From the IMG/VR virus record IMGVR_UViG_3300042291_002144: a stretch of 64,000 nucleotides of DNA. One strand, written 5' to 3'. Shown piece after piece: positions 1-10,488 of this stretch. Position numbers and translations under genes: made by a program. Position 1 is the stretch's first letter; each line of letters starts with the position of its first letter. The DNA comes from an uncultured virus (IMG/VR IMGVR_UViG_3300042291_002144). Its lineage: Duplodnaviria; Heunggongvirae; Uroviricota; Caudoviricetes. Under the pieces are notes generated by a model. It worked only from the letters and a program-made list of their open reading frames with translations. It was not told where the DNA came from and searched no databases.

Positions 1-1632
1 ACTGGAGTTCAAGGTTCAGCTTCAAGTAGTACTGGGGTAAATAAAGTCATTGAAGGAATTGCATCAGGTACTTCTACAAATATTGGTTTAAGAGGCTATG
101 CTGTAAACGGAAGTTCAAACTATTCGATACAATTACAAGACGGTACACAAACAGTAGCAGGTAGATTTTTAAAAAATATGAACACTAGCGGTCAAGCCAA
201 CTGGGCTAATATTACAGCAGCAGACGTATCTGGAGTTCAAGGAGCTTTAACTTTAACTACGACGGGTAGTTCCGGCGCAGCTACTTTGAATGGTAATACT
301 TTAAATATACCTCAGTATTCTGGTGGAAGTGGGGGTGGAGTTGCTGGTGCAGGAACGTTAAATTATCTTCCTAAATGGACACCGAATGGAACAACGTTAG
401 GTAACTCTCAAATACAAGACAACGGTTCAGTTTTATGGATAGAAACATTTTCATCAAATGTTAAATTTAATGTAAATAATTCATCACCTTCAATTACTAT
501 TGGAGGAGGATTTTCATCATCAATACCTGGTGGTGGAGTTGGTCTAAGTGTAGATGGAGGATCATCCGATGGATTAGGATCGCCAACTGGTATTATGTCT
601 AGAGGTGGATCCGGTCAAAATAATACTGGAATTGATGCTGGAGCTTTTGGACCAGGTAGTACGAATATTGGTGCAGATCTCTCTGCATATGGAGCTACTG
701 AAAACATTGGAGCGTATATTTCTGCATATGGCGATACTGGTACCAAGATCGGTGCTCAAATTATAGCACACGGTGCAGGTACTTTATATGCAGCTCAATT
801 ACAAGATGGTACAGAAACAGTTGCAGGCAGATTTCTTAAAAATATTGTAGATGGTAAAGCCAATTGGGCAAACATTACAGCCGCAGATGTATCTGGAGTT
901 CAAGGAGCTTTAACTTTAACTACTACTGGTAGTTCCGGCGCAGCTACTTTAAATGGTAATACTTTAAATATACCTCAGTATTCTGGTGGAGGCGGAGGCG
1001 TATCCGGTTCAGGTACACTAAACTATCTTACTAAATGGACACCGAATGGAACAACTTTAGGTAAATCGGACATTATAGAAAATTCAACATATCAAATTGG
1101 GATAGGCGAATCTCCATACACAAGCGCTAAAGTAAATATACGAGCGTTTAATGAATATGAGGGAATAAGTATTCGAACTACTGCTGCAACCGGCTCTCGA
1201 GCGATCGGTGCATTCGCTAATGGTCAAAACTCGACAGGAGATAACTATGGTATATTTGCTCAGGCAAATGGAAGTACCGGTAGCAACGTTGGAGTCTCTG
1301 GCCAAGGAGAGGGAACTGCTAGTTCGGCAGTCGGTATCGGTGGTGAATTTCAAGGATCTGCTGGAACTCAAAGTAATCCATCTCCACCGGGTACAATTGC
1401 AATAGGTATATCAGCATACGCAATTGCATATGGAGGATCTGCATATTTTGCCAAATTTAATAAAAACGGAGTTAGTCCTCTGGATAAAGTGGTACTAAGC
1501 AACAATACTCAAGGATATGCAGATTGGGGTAAAGTCACATCATCATATACTACTGGTGCAACTGGTACGTTTACGTCAGCTAATGGAAAGACGATAACTG
1601 TTACTAACGGGTTAATTACATCAATAGTTTAA
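1..1632 (+). CDS. Gly/Ser-rich tail fibre-like protein, 5'-truncated by the window
   Basis: Frame 1 is open from base 1 (TGVQGSASSSTG...) through the tracked ORF. It has an internal duplicated module (QLQDGT..AGRFLK..ANWANITAADVSG..GTLNYL.KWTPNGTTLG) and the C-terminus GKTITVTNGLITSI, typical of phage fibres. Confidence 0.7.
   Translation, partial: TGVQGSASSSTGVNKVIEGIASGTSTNIGLRGYAVNGSSNYSIQLQDGTQTVAGRFLKNMNTSGQANWANITAADVSGVQGALTLTTTGSSGAATLNGNTLNIPQYSGGSGGGVAGAGTLNYLPKWTPNGTTLGNSQIQDNGSVLWIETFSSNVKFNVNNSSPSITIGGGFSSSIPGGGVGLSVDGGSSDGLGSPTGIMSRGGSGQNNTGIDAGAFGPGSTNIGADLSAYGATENIGAYISAYGDTGTKIGAQIIAHGAGTLYAAQLQDGTETVAGRFLKNIVDGKANWANITAADVSGVQGALTLTTTGSSGAATLNGNTLNIPQYSGGGGGVSGSGTLNYLTKWTPNGTTLGKSDIIENSTYQIGIGESPYTSAKVNIRAFNEYEGISIRTTAATGSRAIGAFANGQNSTGDNYGIFAQANGSTGSNVGVSGQGEGTASSAVGIGGEFQGSAGTQSNPSPPGTIAIGISAYAIAYGGSAYFAKFNKNGVSPLDKVVLSNNTQGYADWGKVTSSYTTGATGTFTSANGKTITVTNGLITSIV
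130..1063 (+). repeat. Intragenic direct repeat of about 270 bp (about 130-403 and 796-1063)
   Basis: The core gtatctggagttcaaggagctttaactttaactac...cctcagtattctggtgga occurs at about 226-328 and 889-990 with only a few synonymous changes. Confidence 0.9.
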
Positions 1633-1674
1633 GTAAGTAGATATATGTTTATTGATTAAGTCATACTCGATATG

Positions 1675-1684
1675 AATAAATAAT
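1675..1684 (+). promoter_or_regulatory. Putative late promoter AATAAATAAT
   Basis: Recurrent motif upstream of virion genes; resembles the T4 gp55 promoter TATAAATA. Confidence 0.65.
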
Positions 1685-1702
1685 AAAAACATAATCTAGA
1701 AT

Positions 1703-4480
1703 ATGTATAGATCAGGAATACAATTACCGAAAGTTGCATTTTCATCATTAACTTATGATAAAATACCAGCAAGCAGTTACTTTATAGGATTCAATTTAGA
1801 TAATAATGGAAAGCTTTCTAAAATTAGAAAGGATGGCACAATTACTGTAATTGAACAAGATTATTCAAGTGTTGAAATTAAGGGAGATGGTATAACTTTA
1901 ACTCCATCAGTAAGCATGATTAATTTTATCGGAGATGGAGTAAGTACTTCTGTGAATGGATCAGAGGTAACTGTGAGTGTTATAATGCCAAGTGAAGGAA
2001 TAGCATTAACTGATCTATCTGTAACTGCACCATTAGTTTATAATAACTTAACTGGTGCATTCTCAATTCAAAATGCAACTACTTCTCAATTAGGTGCAGT
2101 TAAAATAGGTGCAGGACTAGCAGTTCAGCCAGATGGAACTATTTCTACTTTATCTGGCGGAAGTGTAACATCTGTTGGGATACAAGTAGGTTCAGCAGGC
2201 AATGATATTAATTTAACAAATCCTACTATTACTACCTCTGGAATAATTACTTTAAATATTCCAACTGCTGCATCTGGGACAAGAGGAGCTCTTTCCGGAA
2301 CAGACTGGACTGCATTTAACGCTAAAGTTTCTCCTACTCGTTCAATATCGACAACTTCTCCACTTACCGGTGGCGGAGACTTATCATCAGATAGAACAAT
2401 ATCTATTTTACAGGCAGGGTCAGCATCCTCTGGATACTTATCAAGTACTGACTGGATAACCTTTAATAGTAAACTTTCCTCAACTCGTTTAATATCAACA
2501 ACTTCTCCACTTATTGGTGGCGGAGACTTATCATCAGATAGAACAATATCTATTTCACAAGCAGGAACATCTACTGCTGGATATTTATCAAGCGCCGATT
2601 GGACAACGTTTAATAGTAAGATTGGAGGATCAGGTACATTGAATTATACTGCTCGATTCACAGGATCAGGTACACTAAGTATAGGAACAATACAAGATAA
2701 TGGAACATATGTGGCAATTGGTAAAGAGCCAACTAGCAGTTATAAATTAGAGGTAGATGGATCAATTTATGGACACGGTAGTGGCGCCTCATCAATTGGT
2801 GTAATTGGTGAAAATTACACGGAAGGCCTATCAGGCACTCATATCGGAGTTAAAGGATATAGTTATACTACTGGCGATCAACCATCTCCTGGAAGTACTA
2901 ATTTTATAGGTGGATGGTTTAAAGCAGCGGGAAGTACTTCTAGAAATTACGCAGTACAGCTTCAAGATGGAACTGAAACTACAAATGGCGGTAAGTTCTT
3001 AAAAGATACTGGAGCAGGTAAAGCTAACTGGGTAACTATTGAATGGATGCAAACTGTGACTCGACCTGGTCTGGCAACATTAATCACAAACAATAGCTTA
3101 GTTCCAGGAAAATGGTATCGCCACTCATATTCAATATTAAGACATGAATATGGAGGTATTGATTCATATTATGATATAATCTTATTAGCAACATCAACTA
3201 ATACTCTATCAACTAGAGGGCATAGGATAATGAGAGTACCATTTAGTGACTGGTATCAATCATATATGTTCGATTATGAAAGAAATTACTATGTAGGAGA
3301 TATTGTGGTATTTGGTAACTTAGTATATGAATGTATTTTAGATATGGAGTTTGGTATAATACCAGCTAGAACAAATCTAGACAGTGCGTATTTTAGTGTT
3401 GTCAATATTTTGGATGATGATTATTATCATACTCTAGTATACGACATTATCTATAACTGGGATTATGCTAATTACGGATCTAACAACGATTGGGATGGAT
3501 CATTTGATCAAATAATAGTTCAATCTGATTCTAAAGGAAATGTTATTAGAAGAACTAATGAGATTAGTGGAATGGATACTTACAATATTCAACAAAGCTC
3601 CATTGATCTACATGAATGGAATAATTCAAATATTATAGATAATGAATGTTATGGAGTTTGGAATAACTGTAGCCAAACATCTAGTGGATATTCTGTAGTG
3701 GTTACTAGCAATAAGATGGGATCAACTCATGCAAAAAACTATAATTATTTCGAATATGGCGGAGGACTTATTTGGAAGAATAAAACAAATATTATCCAAG
3801 ATAATCAGGGAAGTTCTATTTATAAAAATAAAGTTGAGAGTATTTGTAGAAATGAATGTGATTTAATTGCTAATAATTTACCTGCATCAGGAGGAAATAC
3901 AAAAATAATGGATAATACTGTATCTGAAATAAGTGGAAATCAAATATATGGAAATATTTTAGCCAATCGAGGAAAATACTACAGTGATTCTCAAAGAACT
4001 AAGATAAGCGATAACGTTGGTGTATTTGAAACAGGAATAATTGATAATGAATTATTTGCAAACGGTATGATATCAAATAATTCAGCAGCAATTGAAATAA
4101 GCTCAAATAAAGTTTATAAGATTATTGAAAATGAAAGTATTGGATCAATAATAGGAAACACTGGAATGTTTATCATAAAGAGTAATATTCTTCAAGGGGA
4201 TCCATATGGAAATATAAATGGTAATACTATACAATATTCATATAACACATCAGATGGAAGATCGGAAGAAAATATTTTTGGAATAGTTAATAATACTTGT
4301 AAAAATATAACTCATAATAACTTATTAGAGGGAACTCATGGAATTGCAGATAACGGTAATTATGGAAATATTATTGGAAATAAAGTAATTGATGGAATAT
4401 ACCAAAATGGAGCAGATATTTATGATATAAAATATAATGACGCTTATGATATCAATAATAATTATGGAGTTGCTCCATAA
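1703..4480 (+). CDS. Tail fibre/tailspike-like protein with Asn-rich beta-helix C-terminal half
   Basis: N-terminus shared with ORF 5842; GGGDLS.DRTI..GYLSS.DW.TFNSK repeats; QLQDGTE..FLK..GKANW module shared with the first ORF; I..N periodic repeats. Confidence 0.7.
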   Translation: MYRSGIQLPKVAFSSLTYDKIPASSYFIGFNLDNNGKLSKIRKDGTITVIEQDYSSVEIKGDGITLTPSVSMINFIGDGVSTSVNGSEVTVSVIMPSEGIALTDLSVTAPLVYNNLTGAFSIQNATTSQLGAVKIGAGLAVQPDGTISTLSGGSVTSVGIQVGSAGNDINLTNPTITTSGIITLNIPTAASGTRGALSGTDWTAFNAKVSPTRSISTTSPLTGGGDLSSDRTISILQAGSASSGYLSSTDWITFNSKLSSTRLISTTSPLIGGGDLSSDRTISISQAGTSTAGYLSSADWTTFNSKIGGSGTLNYTARFTGSGTLSIGTIQDNGTYVAIGKEPTSSYKLEVDGSIYGHGSGASSIGVIGENYTEGLSGTHIGVKGYSYTTGDQPSPGSTNFIGGWFKAAGSTSRNYAVQLQDGTETTNGGKFLKDTGAGKANWVTIEWMQTVTRPGLATLITNNSLVPGKWYRHSYSILRHEYGGIDSYYDIILLATSTNTLSTRGHRIMRVPFSDWYQSYMFDYERNYYVGDIVVFGNLVYECILDMEFGIIPARTNLDSAYFSVVNILDDDYYHTLVYDIIYNWDYANYGSNNDWDGSFDQIIVQSDSKGNVIRRTNEISGMDTYNIQQSSIDLHEWNNSNIIDNECYGVWNNCSQTSSGYSVVVTSNKMGSTHAKNYNYFEYGGGLIWKNKTNIIQDNQGSSIYKNKVESICRNECDLIANNLPASGGNTKIMDNTVSEISGNQIYGNILANRGKYYSDSQRTKISDNVGVFETGIIDNELFANGMISNNSAAIEISSNKVYKIIENESIGSIIGNTGMFIIKSNILQGDPYGNINGNTIQYSYNTSDGRSEENIFGIVNNTCKNITHNNLLEGTHGIADNGNYGNIIGNKVIDGIYQNGADIYDIKYNDAYDINNNYGVAP
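2330..2620 (+). repeat. 147-bp (49-aa) tandem intragenic repeat
   Basis: acaacttctccactta..ggtggcggagacttatcatcagatagaacaatatctattt starts at both 2351 and 2498. Confidence 0.9.
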
Positions 4481-4508
4481 TTAATCATTAATAAAAAAAT
4501 TATAGTAT

Positions 4509-5138
4509 ATGCAAAGTATAAGTTATAATAAGATAGCTGGTAGTATTAAAAATAATAATAGTGCAAATTATATAAGCCAGGCTCGACCATTTGGGGATGA
4601 CGTTATGAATAATAATGAAATAGATAAGAATAATGGTTTATCGATGCCGATAATTCCAGAGGCTCTTCCACCAGATGGATCAATCTTAATTTTTAATGGA
4701 ACAGGAAATGATTTGGTTTTCGCAGACTATACAGTTCCAGCAGCGGCACCATCTGCAAGTACAATTAAACAGGTAATTACGTGGACATATAATAATACTT
4801 CACTTAAATGGGAACCTAGTTTTGAGCCACTGAACTTAAATCCACAAAAAGAAGTGGAACCAGATTATGTATTATTACCAGAGGATGATGGATATTCAAT
4901 AATATTAAATAATGGGTCTAATCCTACTACGGTTACTGTGCCAATTGGTTTACCAACTTCATTTCAAGTAGGTTTTATACAAATTGGATCAGGGGATATT
5001 GAGATAATTGGAGCATTAGGTGTGACATTAAATAATGCAATTGGCGGATATAAGATTAAAGGACAATACGATCATGCATTTTTAGAAAAAAGAGGGGTCG
5101 ATGAAACTTATTATTTATTAGGAAATACAAAAATTTAA
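4509..5138 (+). CDS. Putative virion/fibre-associated protein
   Basis: C-terminal beta-rich module (VTVP..LP..FQV..IQ.G.G..GQY..A.L.K) seen in phage fibre proteins; lies within the fibre cluster. Confidence 0.5.
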   Translation: MQSISYNKIAGSIKNNNSANYISQARPFGDDVMNNNEIDKNNGLSMPIIPEALPPDGSILIFNGTGNDLVFADYTVPAAAPSASTIKQVITWTYNNTSLKWEPSFEPLNLNPQKEVEPDYVLLPEDDGYSIILNNGSNPTTVTVPIGLPTSFQVGFIQIGSGDIEIIGALGVTLNNAIGGYKIKGQYDHAFLEKRGVDETYYLLGNTKI

Positions 5139-5141
5139 AAT

Positions 5142-5768
5142 ATGATCGGTATAAAGAAATTAGCTTATTCTACTAGAAGAGTAGATGCAGTACAACTTGA
5201 GGAATTTGACTATATGATTGCAACATATTTATATGTTAGCGGTACACGATTGGACTTAGATTCAGCAACTCATTTTGCTAATACTGGAACAGTGGAAGAT
5301 ACTAAGATTATCGGATGCGGACAAACGACGTTATGGGCAGGAACTGAGTTAGAACCATATTCAACACCAACGCATACAACTCCAATGAATCAAGCTTACT
5401 TGTATCAACCAGGGGATGATTCTGGTGATGGTTTAGGCGAATCAATTTTAATAAATTTTAAAAACCTTGATCTTGCTGGAATAAGTCAAAATGATGATGT
5501 TCAAGTAGAACTTTATGCAGGATGGTGTTCTCCACCGAATCCAGCGGTAGCCAGTATAAGTATAACAACGTATGTTGGAGGAACTATATCAACGACTAAT
5601 AGTGTACTTACTTCAAATGGGACAGTTATTGATCAATTTACTCAAACAGATATCCCAATTTTATCTAATGATGATACATGTTGTGCGTCTCCAGTATCAT
5701 TAAGAACTCATGTAGGAACAATTTATTATAATTTAGTAACTAAGGTTGCTAGTGTAACTTTTTATTAA
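5142..5768 (+). CDS. Hypothetical virion protein
   Basis: 208-aa ORF tightly coupled to the upstream gene. Confidence 0.5.
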   Translation: MIGIKKLAYSTRRVDAVQLEEFDYMIATYLYVSGTRLDLDSATHFANTGTVEDTKIIGCGQTTLWAGTELEPYSTPTHTTPMNQAYLYQPGDDSGDGLGESILINFKNLDLAGISQNDDVQVELYAGWCSPPNPAVASISITTYVGGTISTTNSVLTSNGTVIDQFTQTDIPILSNDDTCCASPVSLRTHVGTIYYNLVTKVASVTFY

Positions 5769-5816
5769 TTTATATTGATTAGATAAGGAGCAACCTACTT
5801 AAGCTTTAATAATCAA

Positions 5817-5826
5817 GATAAATAAT
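5817..5826 (+). promoter_or_regulatory. Putative late promoter GATAAATAAT
   Basis: Recurrent motif, 15 nt before the ATG. Confidence 0.65.
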
Positions 5827-5841
5827 AAAAAACATTTACTA

Positions 5842-8277
5842 ATGTATAATACTGGGATAGAAATTCCAAAGGTGTCATTTTCATCATTGGACTATACTGA
5901 GATAGAAGGAGGCAGCTATTTTATAGGTTTTGACTTAGATAACTCTGGAAAACTTTCAAAAATAGACAATGCTGGTAATATCACAGTCATTGAAGGATCT
6001 GGCGGCGGTGGTGGTATTGTTGATCTTTTAATAGATATTACGCATGCTGCATTAGTTACTGCAAAAAATTCCTCTAATTTAATTCCAGGAGTAAGTTATA
6101 GAATCACTGACTTTCAAACAATATACGATCAGCCAGATTATAGCGATCAATATACTGCAAAACAGTCAGTTGAATTAAAAACTGCAAGTATTGATCCAAT
6201 CATAGTAAGAGCAGTTAGTGACTCTGAATTAGGACTAGACGCTTTTCAAGAAAGTTACCCATTAGACAAGATAAAATATATCTTGGAATATGAGACTTTA
6301 TTTTCAGGTACTCCAACAAAGGGTAGAATAATAGAGAGAATTGATGAATGGAATAATAGAACAGACTTTGATCATAGAACTGTTTTATTTAAACGATATT
6401 TTAGTCTAACTGGAACAGTATGGCACCAAATAAGACATTCAAGTTATTGGGATACTTCATTAAATTATCCAGAAAGAGAATACGATATTATAACTAATAC
6501 ACCAGCTCTAGTAGATGGAGTTGAGTCAACTTATTTAAGCTATGTATGCACTACCGCTGGTACTCGGGATTTCGGCTCAGGTAATATTACAGTAAATGTT
6601 GGTGACTGGCTGGTAGTTGACCCATATAATGGAATGAGTTGGGCTCAAGTAGATGGATGGATTGAGATGCCTGTATTTATGACGAATGGCATAAACCCAT
6701 TCAAACCAAATAATAATTATATTCAGGGAATATATGATGCTAAACAGGTTTTAAATGATGAGTTTTACGATGTTCCATTTGACATAACAAATATTGTATT
6801 TAATGATTTTGAAACATATGATAACACTTTAAATGGTGCGTGTACAAATGTTACTTTTTTTGGTACAACTTATGAGAATGATATATCTGCATACCTACTA
6901 AACGTAACTATTGGAGATAGATCAGAGTATGGGGAATTCTGTATTGGGAATAAAATATCGTATCGGCTTAAGAATATTACAATTAGTGGAGTATTTACAG
7001 GAAATATATTATCTCAAATGGTGCAGGTTAATTTAGATGGGGATTTTAGAAATAATAATGGAGGACTTGTATATTCAATATTAGGCCGAGGCAATATTGA
7101 ACATAATACATTTACCGAAATGTCTGATATACAAGGAGTATTTAGCCAAGTTTATTTAGGTGAATTTAGAATATATTATAATAAGTTTAATATTATTAGT
7201 GAAATAACTTTTAATAATATAAGTAATCTTCAAACTATTATTGGCTGTAATATATTAAAGTTTCAATATTGCGATTTCCAAGAAACTGGGACTCTATATT
7301 ATTGTAATTTTACACAGTTTCTTGGAAATGACGTATATTCAACTATGAGTTTTTGTAAAGGAATAGATAATTCAGGTAATAAATTTTATGGAAGAGTATC
7401 ATCAGTTGATTTTGGTCCATATTTTCGTGAGTGTCAAGTTGGACCAAACTTTGGTGATACTGGAATAGAAAAATCTTTTCCAGTTAATTATGAAAGTGAA
7501 TTACCTACGCCAGCGTATTCAAACATTATTCAAGGTTCAATATATGAATGTGTATTTGGTGCAAATGTTACTGGAAATGTATTTGAAGGAGAGATACGAA
7601 AATGTGAATTCCCTTCATTTTTTAAAAATAATCATGTTAAGAATCTACCAACTGGCGCGCCGTTTGTAACATTGGTGATTGAAGGTATTCCAGAACTAAC
7701 TAGTTCAACTGCTACTCAAATTACTACAAGAAAAATTAATCTTACTCAACAAATATTAGATGACAATAATATTACTGATGTGATATTTCAAGATGTGGAT
7801 GAAAATGGAGATGATCGATATTGGTTTAGGCATATTAGCTCTTCAAATTTTAACGAATTACCATTTATGACAAAGTCAACAACTTTGGCTGGAGCAACAG
7901 GTACTGCATTAGGTTCAGGTTATTCAAATTCATTAATTATCTCAAAAAAAGATGATTATAATAGAGGTGGAGCAATCGGCCAAGTATATTATACAGATGG
8001 TACTAATTTTGGTGTACCGTCTCTTGATGAGCTAGTATTAATATATACTAATAAAGCTAGTTTAGGGATTCCAAGTGCAGTTGATATTTATTGGTCATCA
8101 TCTGAAATTAATGCAACAACTGCATATGCAGTAGATTTTTCAGACGGAAGTATTTTATCGATTCTTAAAACTGAAAGTCATTCAGTTATTCCAATCTCAT
8201 ATGCTACCTCGTTTAATACTGTGATACTTAAGTATACTGACGAGTATGGATCAGAAATTGTTAAATCAATTTTTTAA
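5842..8277 (+). CDS. Tailspike/receptor-binding-like protein: beta-helix plus DUF1566/CLec-like domain
   Basis: Shared N-terminal anchor; ITDFQTIYDQPD module; F..N repeats; PSLDEL...YWSSSE motif. Confidence 0.6.
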   Translation: MYNTGIEIPKVSFSSLDYTEIEGGSYFIGFDLDNSGKLSKIDNAGNITVIEGSGGGGGIVDLLIDITHAALVTAKNSSNLIPGVSYRITDFQTIYDQPDYSDQYTAKQSVELKTASIDPIIVRAVSDSELGLDAFQESYPLDKIKYILEYETLFSGTPTKGRIIERIDEWNNRTDFDHRTVLFKRYFSLTGTVWHQIRHSSYWDTSLNYPEREYDIITNTPALVDGVESTYLSYVCTTAGTRDFGSGNITVNVGDWLVVDPYNGMSWAQVDGWIEMPVFMTNGINPFKPNNNYIQGIYDAKQVLNDEFYDVPFDITNIVFNDFETYDNTLNGACTNVTFFGTTYENDISAYLLNVTIGDRSEYGEFCIGNKISYRLKNITISGVFTGNILSQMVQVNLDGDFRNNNGGLVYSILGRGNIEHNTFTEMSDIQGVFSQVYLGEFRIYYNKFNIISEITFNNISNLQTIIGCNILKFQYCDFQETGTLYYCNFTQFLGNDVYSTMSFCKGIDNSGNKFYGRVSSVDFGPYFRECQVGPNFGDTGIEKSFPVNYESELPTPAYSNIIQGSIYECVFGANVTGNVFEGEIRKCEFPSFFKNNHVKNLPTGAPFVTLVIEGIPELTSSTATQITTRKINLTQQILDDNNITDVIFQDVDENGDDRYWFRHISSSNFNELPFMTKSTTLAGATGTALGSGYSNSLIISKKDDYNRGGAIGQVYYTDGTNFGVPSLDELVLIYTNKASLGIPSAVDIYWSSSEINATTAYAVDFSDGSILSILKTESHSVIPISYATSFNTVILKYTDEYGSEIVKSIF

Positions 8278-8298
8278 AATAAATAATTAAAATTTATT

Positions 8299-10470
8299 AT
8301 GTCAATTAATAGCGCATCATTTCAAATAGTAAAAGTCACAACATATAATGATATTCCGGAAAACTTTCCTGAGCACGTATGTTATTACACACAAGATACA
8401 GGTAAATATTATATTTGGAAAAACTCTTTACTTCAAGAAGTATTCACAGGACTTGTCCAAAGTATAACTCATGCTGAACTAGTTGATTTAAAAACGACTA
8501 ATACTCTTCTTCCAGGTGCAAAATATCTTATTACTGACTTTCAAACAATTTATGATCAACCTGATTTTGATGCAAACGGTAATGAAAAAGCAGCAATTGA
8601 TATAACCGTAAAAACTTCAGGTGTTGAGAGAATTGTTGTTCAGGCAATAGATGAATCTACTCTTTTAACACGAGCAGAATCTTTGGATTTCCCAGAAGAT
8701 ACAATTGACTATATTTTGGAATTTACTACTCCAGTTACAGGAACAGTTACTAAAGGAAAGATTATAAAACGTATTGATGAAAGAGCGAATGAAACAGATT
8801 TTGACCACAGAACTGTTTTATTTAAAAGATATGAAGATTTAACGTATAATTATGGAGAGTTTTTCCAGTGTTTTGATAATGGTGGAGCTTATCAGGAATT
8901 TTTATGTATTCAGCCTGATCAATTTACATATAGCAATAGAATAGGCCTGACTGAATCACAATACCAATTTGATTTACCAAATTTTGTGTTGGGTATTTTT
9001 GGACCAGGCGATGATTGTTATAATAATGAATTTTTATCTGCACCAATTAATACAACAGTTGCTTCGTATACTAGGAATAATAAAATAGATAATTTAGCAA
9101 ATTGTACTTTTTCTATGCTTAATACAAATGTTATAAATAGTGCAAGTAATTGTTTTATGTATTTAAACAGTGGATTTGGAGGTAATACTATAGGAAATGC
9201 ACTGAATGTTACTATGCCAGGTGGGGTGATGATCAATTGTAGAATTATGGATTTAATTAATGTTACAGTAGCTGGACCGGTAAACATACTGGATTCTAAT
9301 ATAACTGCTTTTAGGCAAGTCACATCAATTGCTCCGGTAGATATTGTTTCATGTAATTTTAATATTTTTTCTAATATTACTATGAATGACCAATGTCAGT
9401 TTCAGTATAATAATATTAATCATTTTAACGGAAATACTTTTAATAAGGCGACTTTAAGAAATAATCTTATTTTTAGGGAATGTGAGTTTACTGACGTAGA
9501 TGGTTGTACTTTTTACGGAGACTTTATCTATAATAAAGGAAAAAGCATTTCGGCATCAACTTTTAAGGGACACACAGTAAACAATATTCTTACTTTAGTT
9601 GATAGGTCAGAATTTGGAACTGGATTCGGCGATATAAATAGTACTACTAATTTTAACGGAAGTATTAGTAATTCTCTACTAGGACTAGTTGATGATTGCA
9701 CATTTGGTTCAAATTGTATTGGAAATATAATTAGTTCAAATATGTACGCTTGCACGTTTGGAGATTATTTAATGAATAATGAATTCCAAGATATTGGTGA
9801 TACGCCTGTTAATAAAACAACCGGTCCTCTATTTGAGAGACAGTTTTCAAAGGTATTTTTTAAACCTTCAATTGATACTACTATATACTCACTAGGAGAT
9901 GCTTTACCTCTAGGTGAAACCTATCCAAACTATTTTTTCTATAGATCAGAAATAATTAATGGGACAACTTATAATTTTTTCGCTAAAAGAAGTGGAGAAT
10001 TAGCGATTTGGCAAAATCCATTACCTCTAATTCCGCCTAACACTCAGCCTACATATAATCAATTAAATACGGTCGATGGTTTAAATAATAGTATGGACAA
10101 TACTCGAAAACTGAGAAGCGATTTAATTGCTCCTTTTAATGGACAATTGAGTTTAGGTGTATTGTTAAATTTTGACTTACGAGTTGAGCCAATCGGACTT
10201 ATTGGATATTATCCTACTCTAGCTGAATTAGAAGTGATTTATACTAACTTGACTGCAATGGGTATGGTTATTACTGGAAAAATTTGGTCATCGACTGAAT
10301 ATGATGCAGATACTGCATATGCACTAGATTTTGATACTGGAGTATGGTCAGCTGAGCCTAAGGATTCACAGCTGGGAGTTGTTTACATTTATGAAAAACG
10401 ATGCAACTATGATCTTAAGATAAAATATGATGATTTTAGTGGATCTGAAGTAATAGAGGATTTTGTATAA
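8299..10470 (+). CDS. Paralog of the upstream receptor-binding-like protein
   Basis: Shares ITHA.LV..K..PG..Y.ITDFQTIYDQPD, TDFDHRTVLFKRY, PTLAEL...WSSTE and the K(Y)xD..GSE terminus; late motif at 8278-8287. Confidence 0.6.
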   Translation: MSINSASFQIVKVTTYNDIPENFPEHVCYYTQDTGKYYIWKNSLLQEVFTGLVQSITHAELVDLKTTNTLLPGAKYLITDFQTIYDQPDFDANGNEKAAIDITVKTSGVERIVVQAIDESTLLTRAESLDFPEDTIDYILEFTTPVTGTVTKGKIIKRIDERANETDFDHRTVLFKRYEDLTYNYGEFFQCFDNGGAYQEFLCIQPDQFTYSNRIGLTESQYQFDLPNFVLGIFGPGDDCYNNEFLSAPINTTVASYTRNNKIDNLANCTFSMLNTNVINSASNCFMYLNSGFGGNTIGNALNVTMPGGVMINCRIMDLINVTVAGPVNILDSNITAFRQVTSIAPVDIVSCNFNIFSNITMNDQCQFQYNNINHFNGNTFNKATLRNNLIFRECEFTDVDGCTFYGDFIYNKGKSISASTFKGHTVNNILTLVDRSEFGTGFGDINSTTNFNGSISNSLLGLVDDCTFGSNCIGNIISSNMYACTFGDYLMNNEFQDIGDTPVNKTTGPLFERQFSKVFFKPSIDTTIYSLGDALPLGETYPNYFFYRSEIINGTTYNFFAKRSGELAIWQNPLPLIPPNTQPTYNQLNTVDGLNNSMDNTRKLRSDLIAPFNGQLSLGVLLNFDLRVEPIGLIGYYPTLAELEVIYTNLTAMGMVITGKIWSSTEYDADTAYALDFDTGVWSAEPKDSQLGVVYIYEKRCNYDLKIKYDDFSGSEVIEDFV

Positions 10471-10488
10471 TTTATATTAAGATAAATA

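Noticed and set aside
5842..10470. Complete diversity-generating retroelement
   Set aside because: No reverse transcriptase and no adenine-specific TR/VR pair seen in the window.
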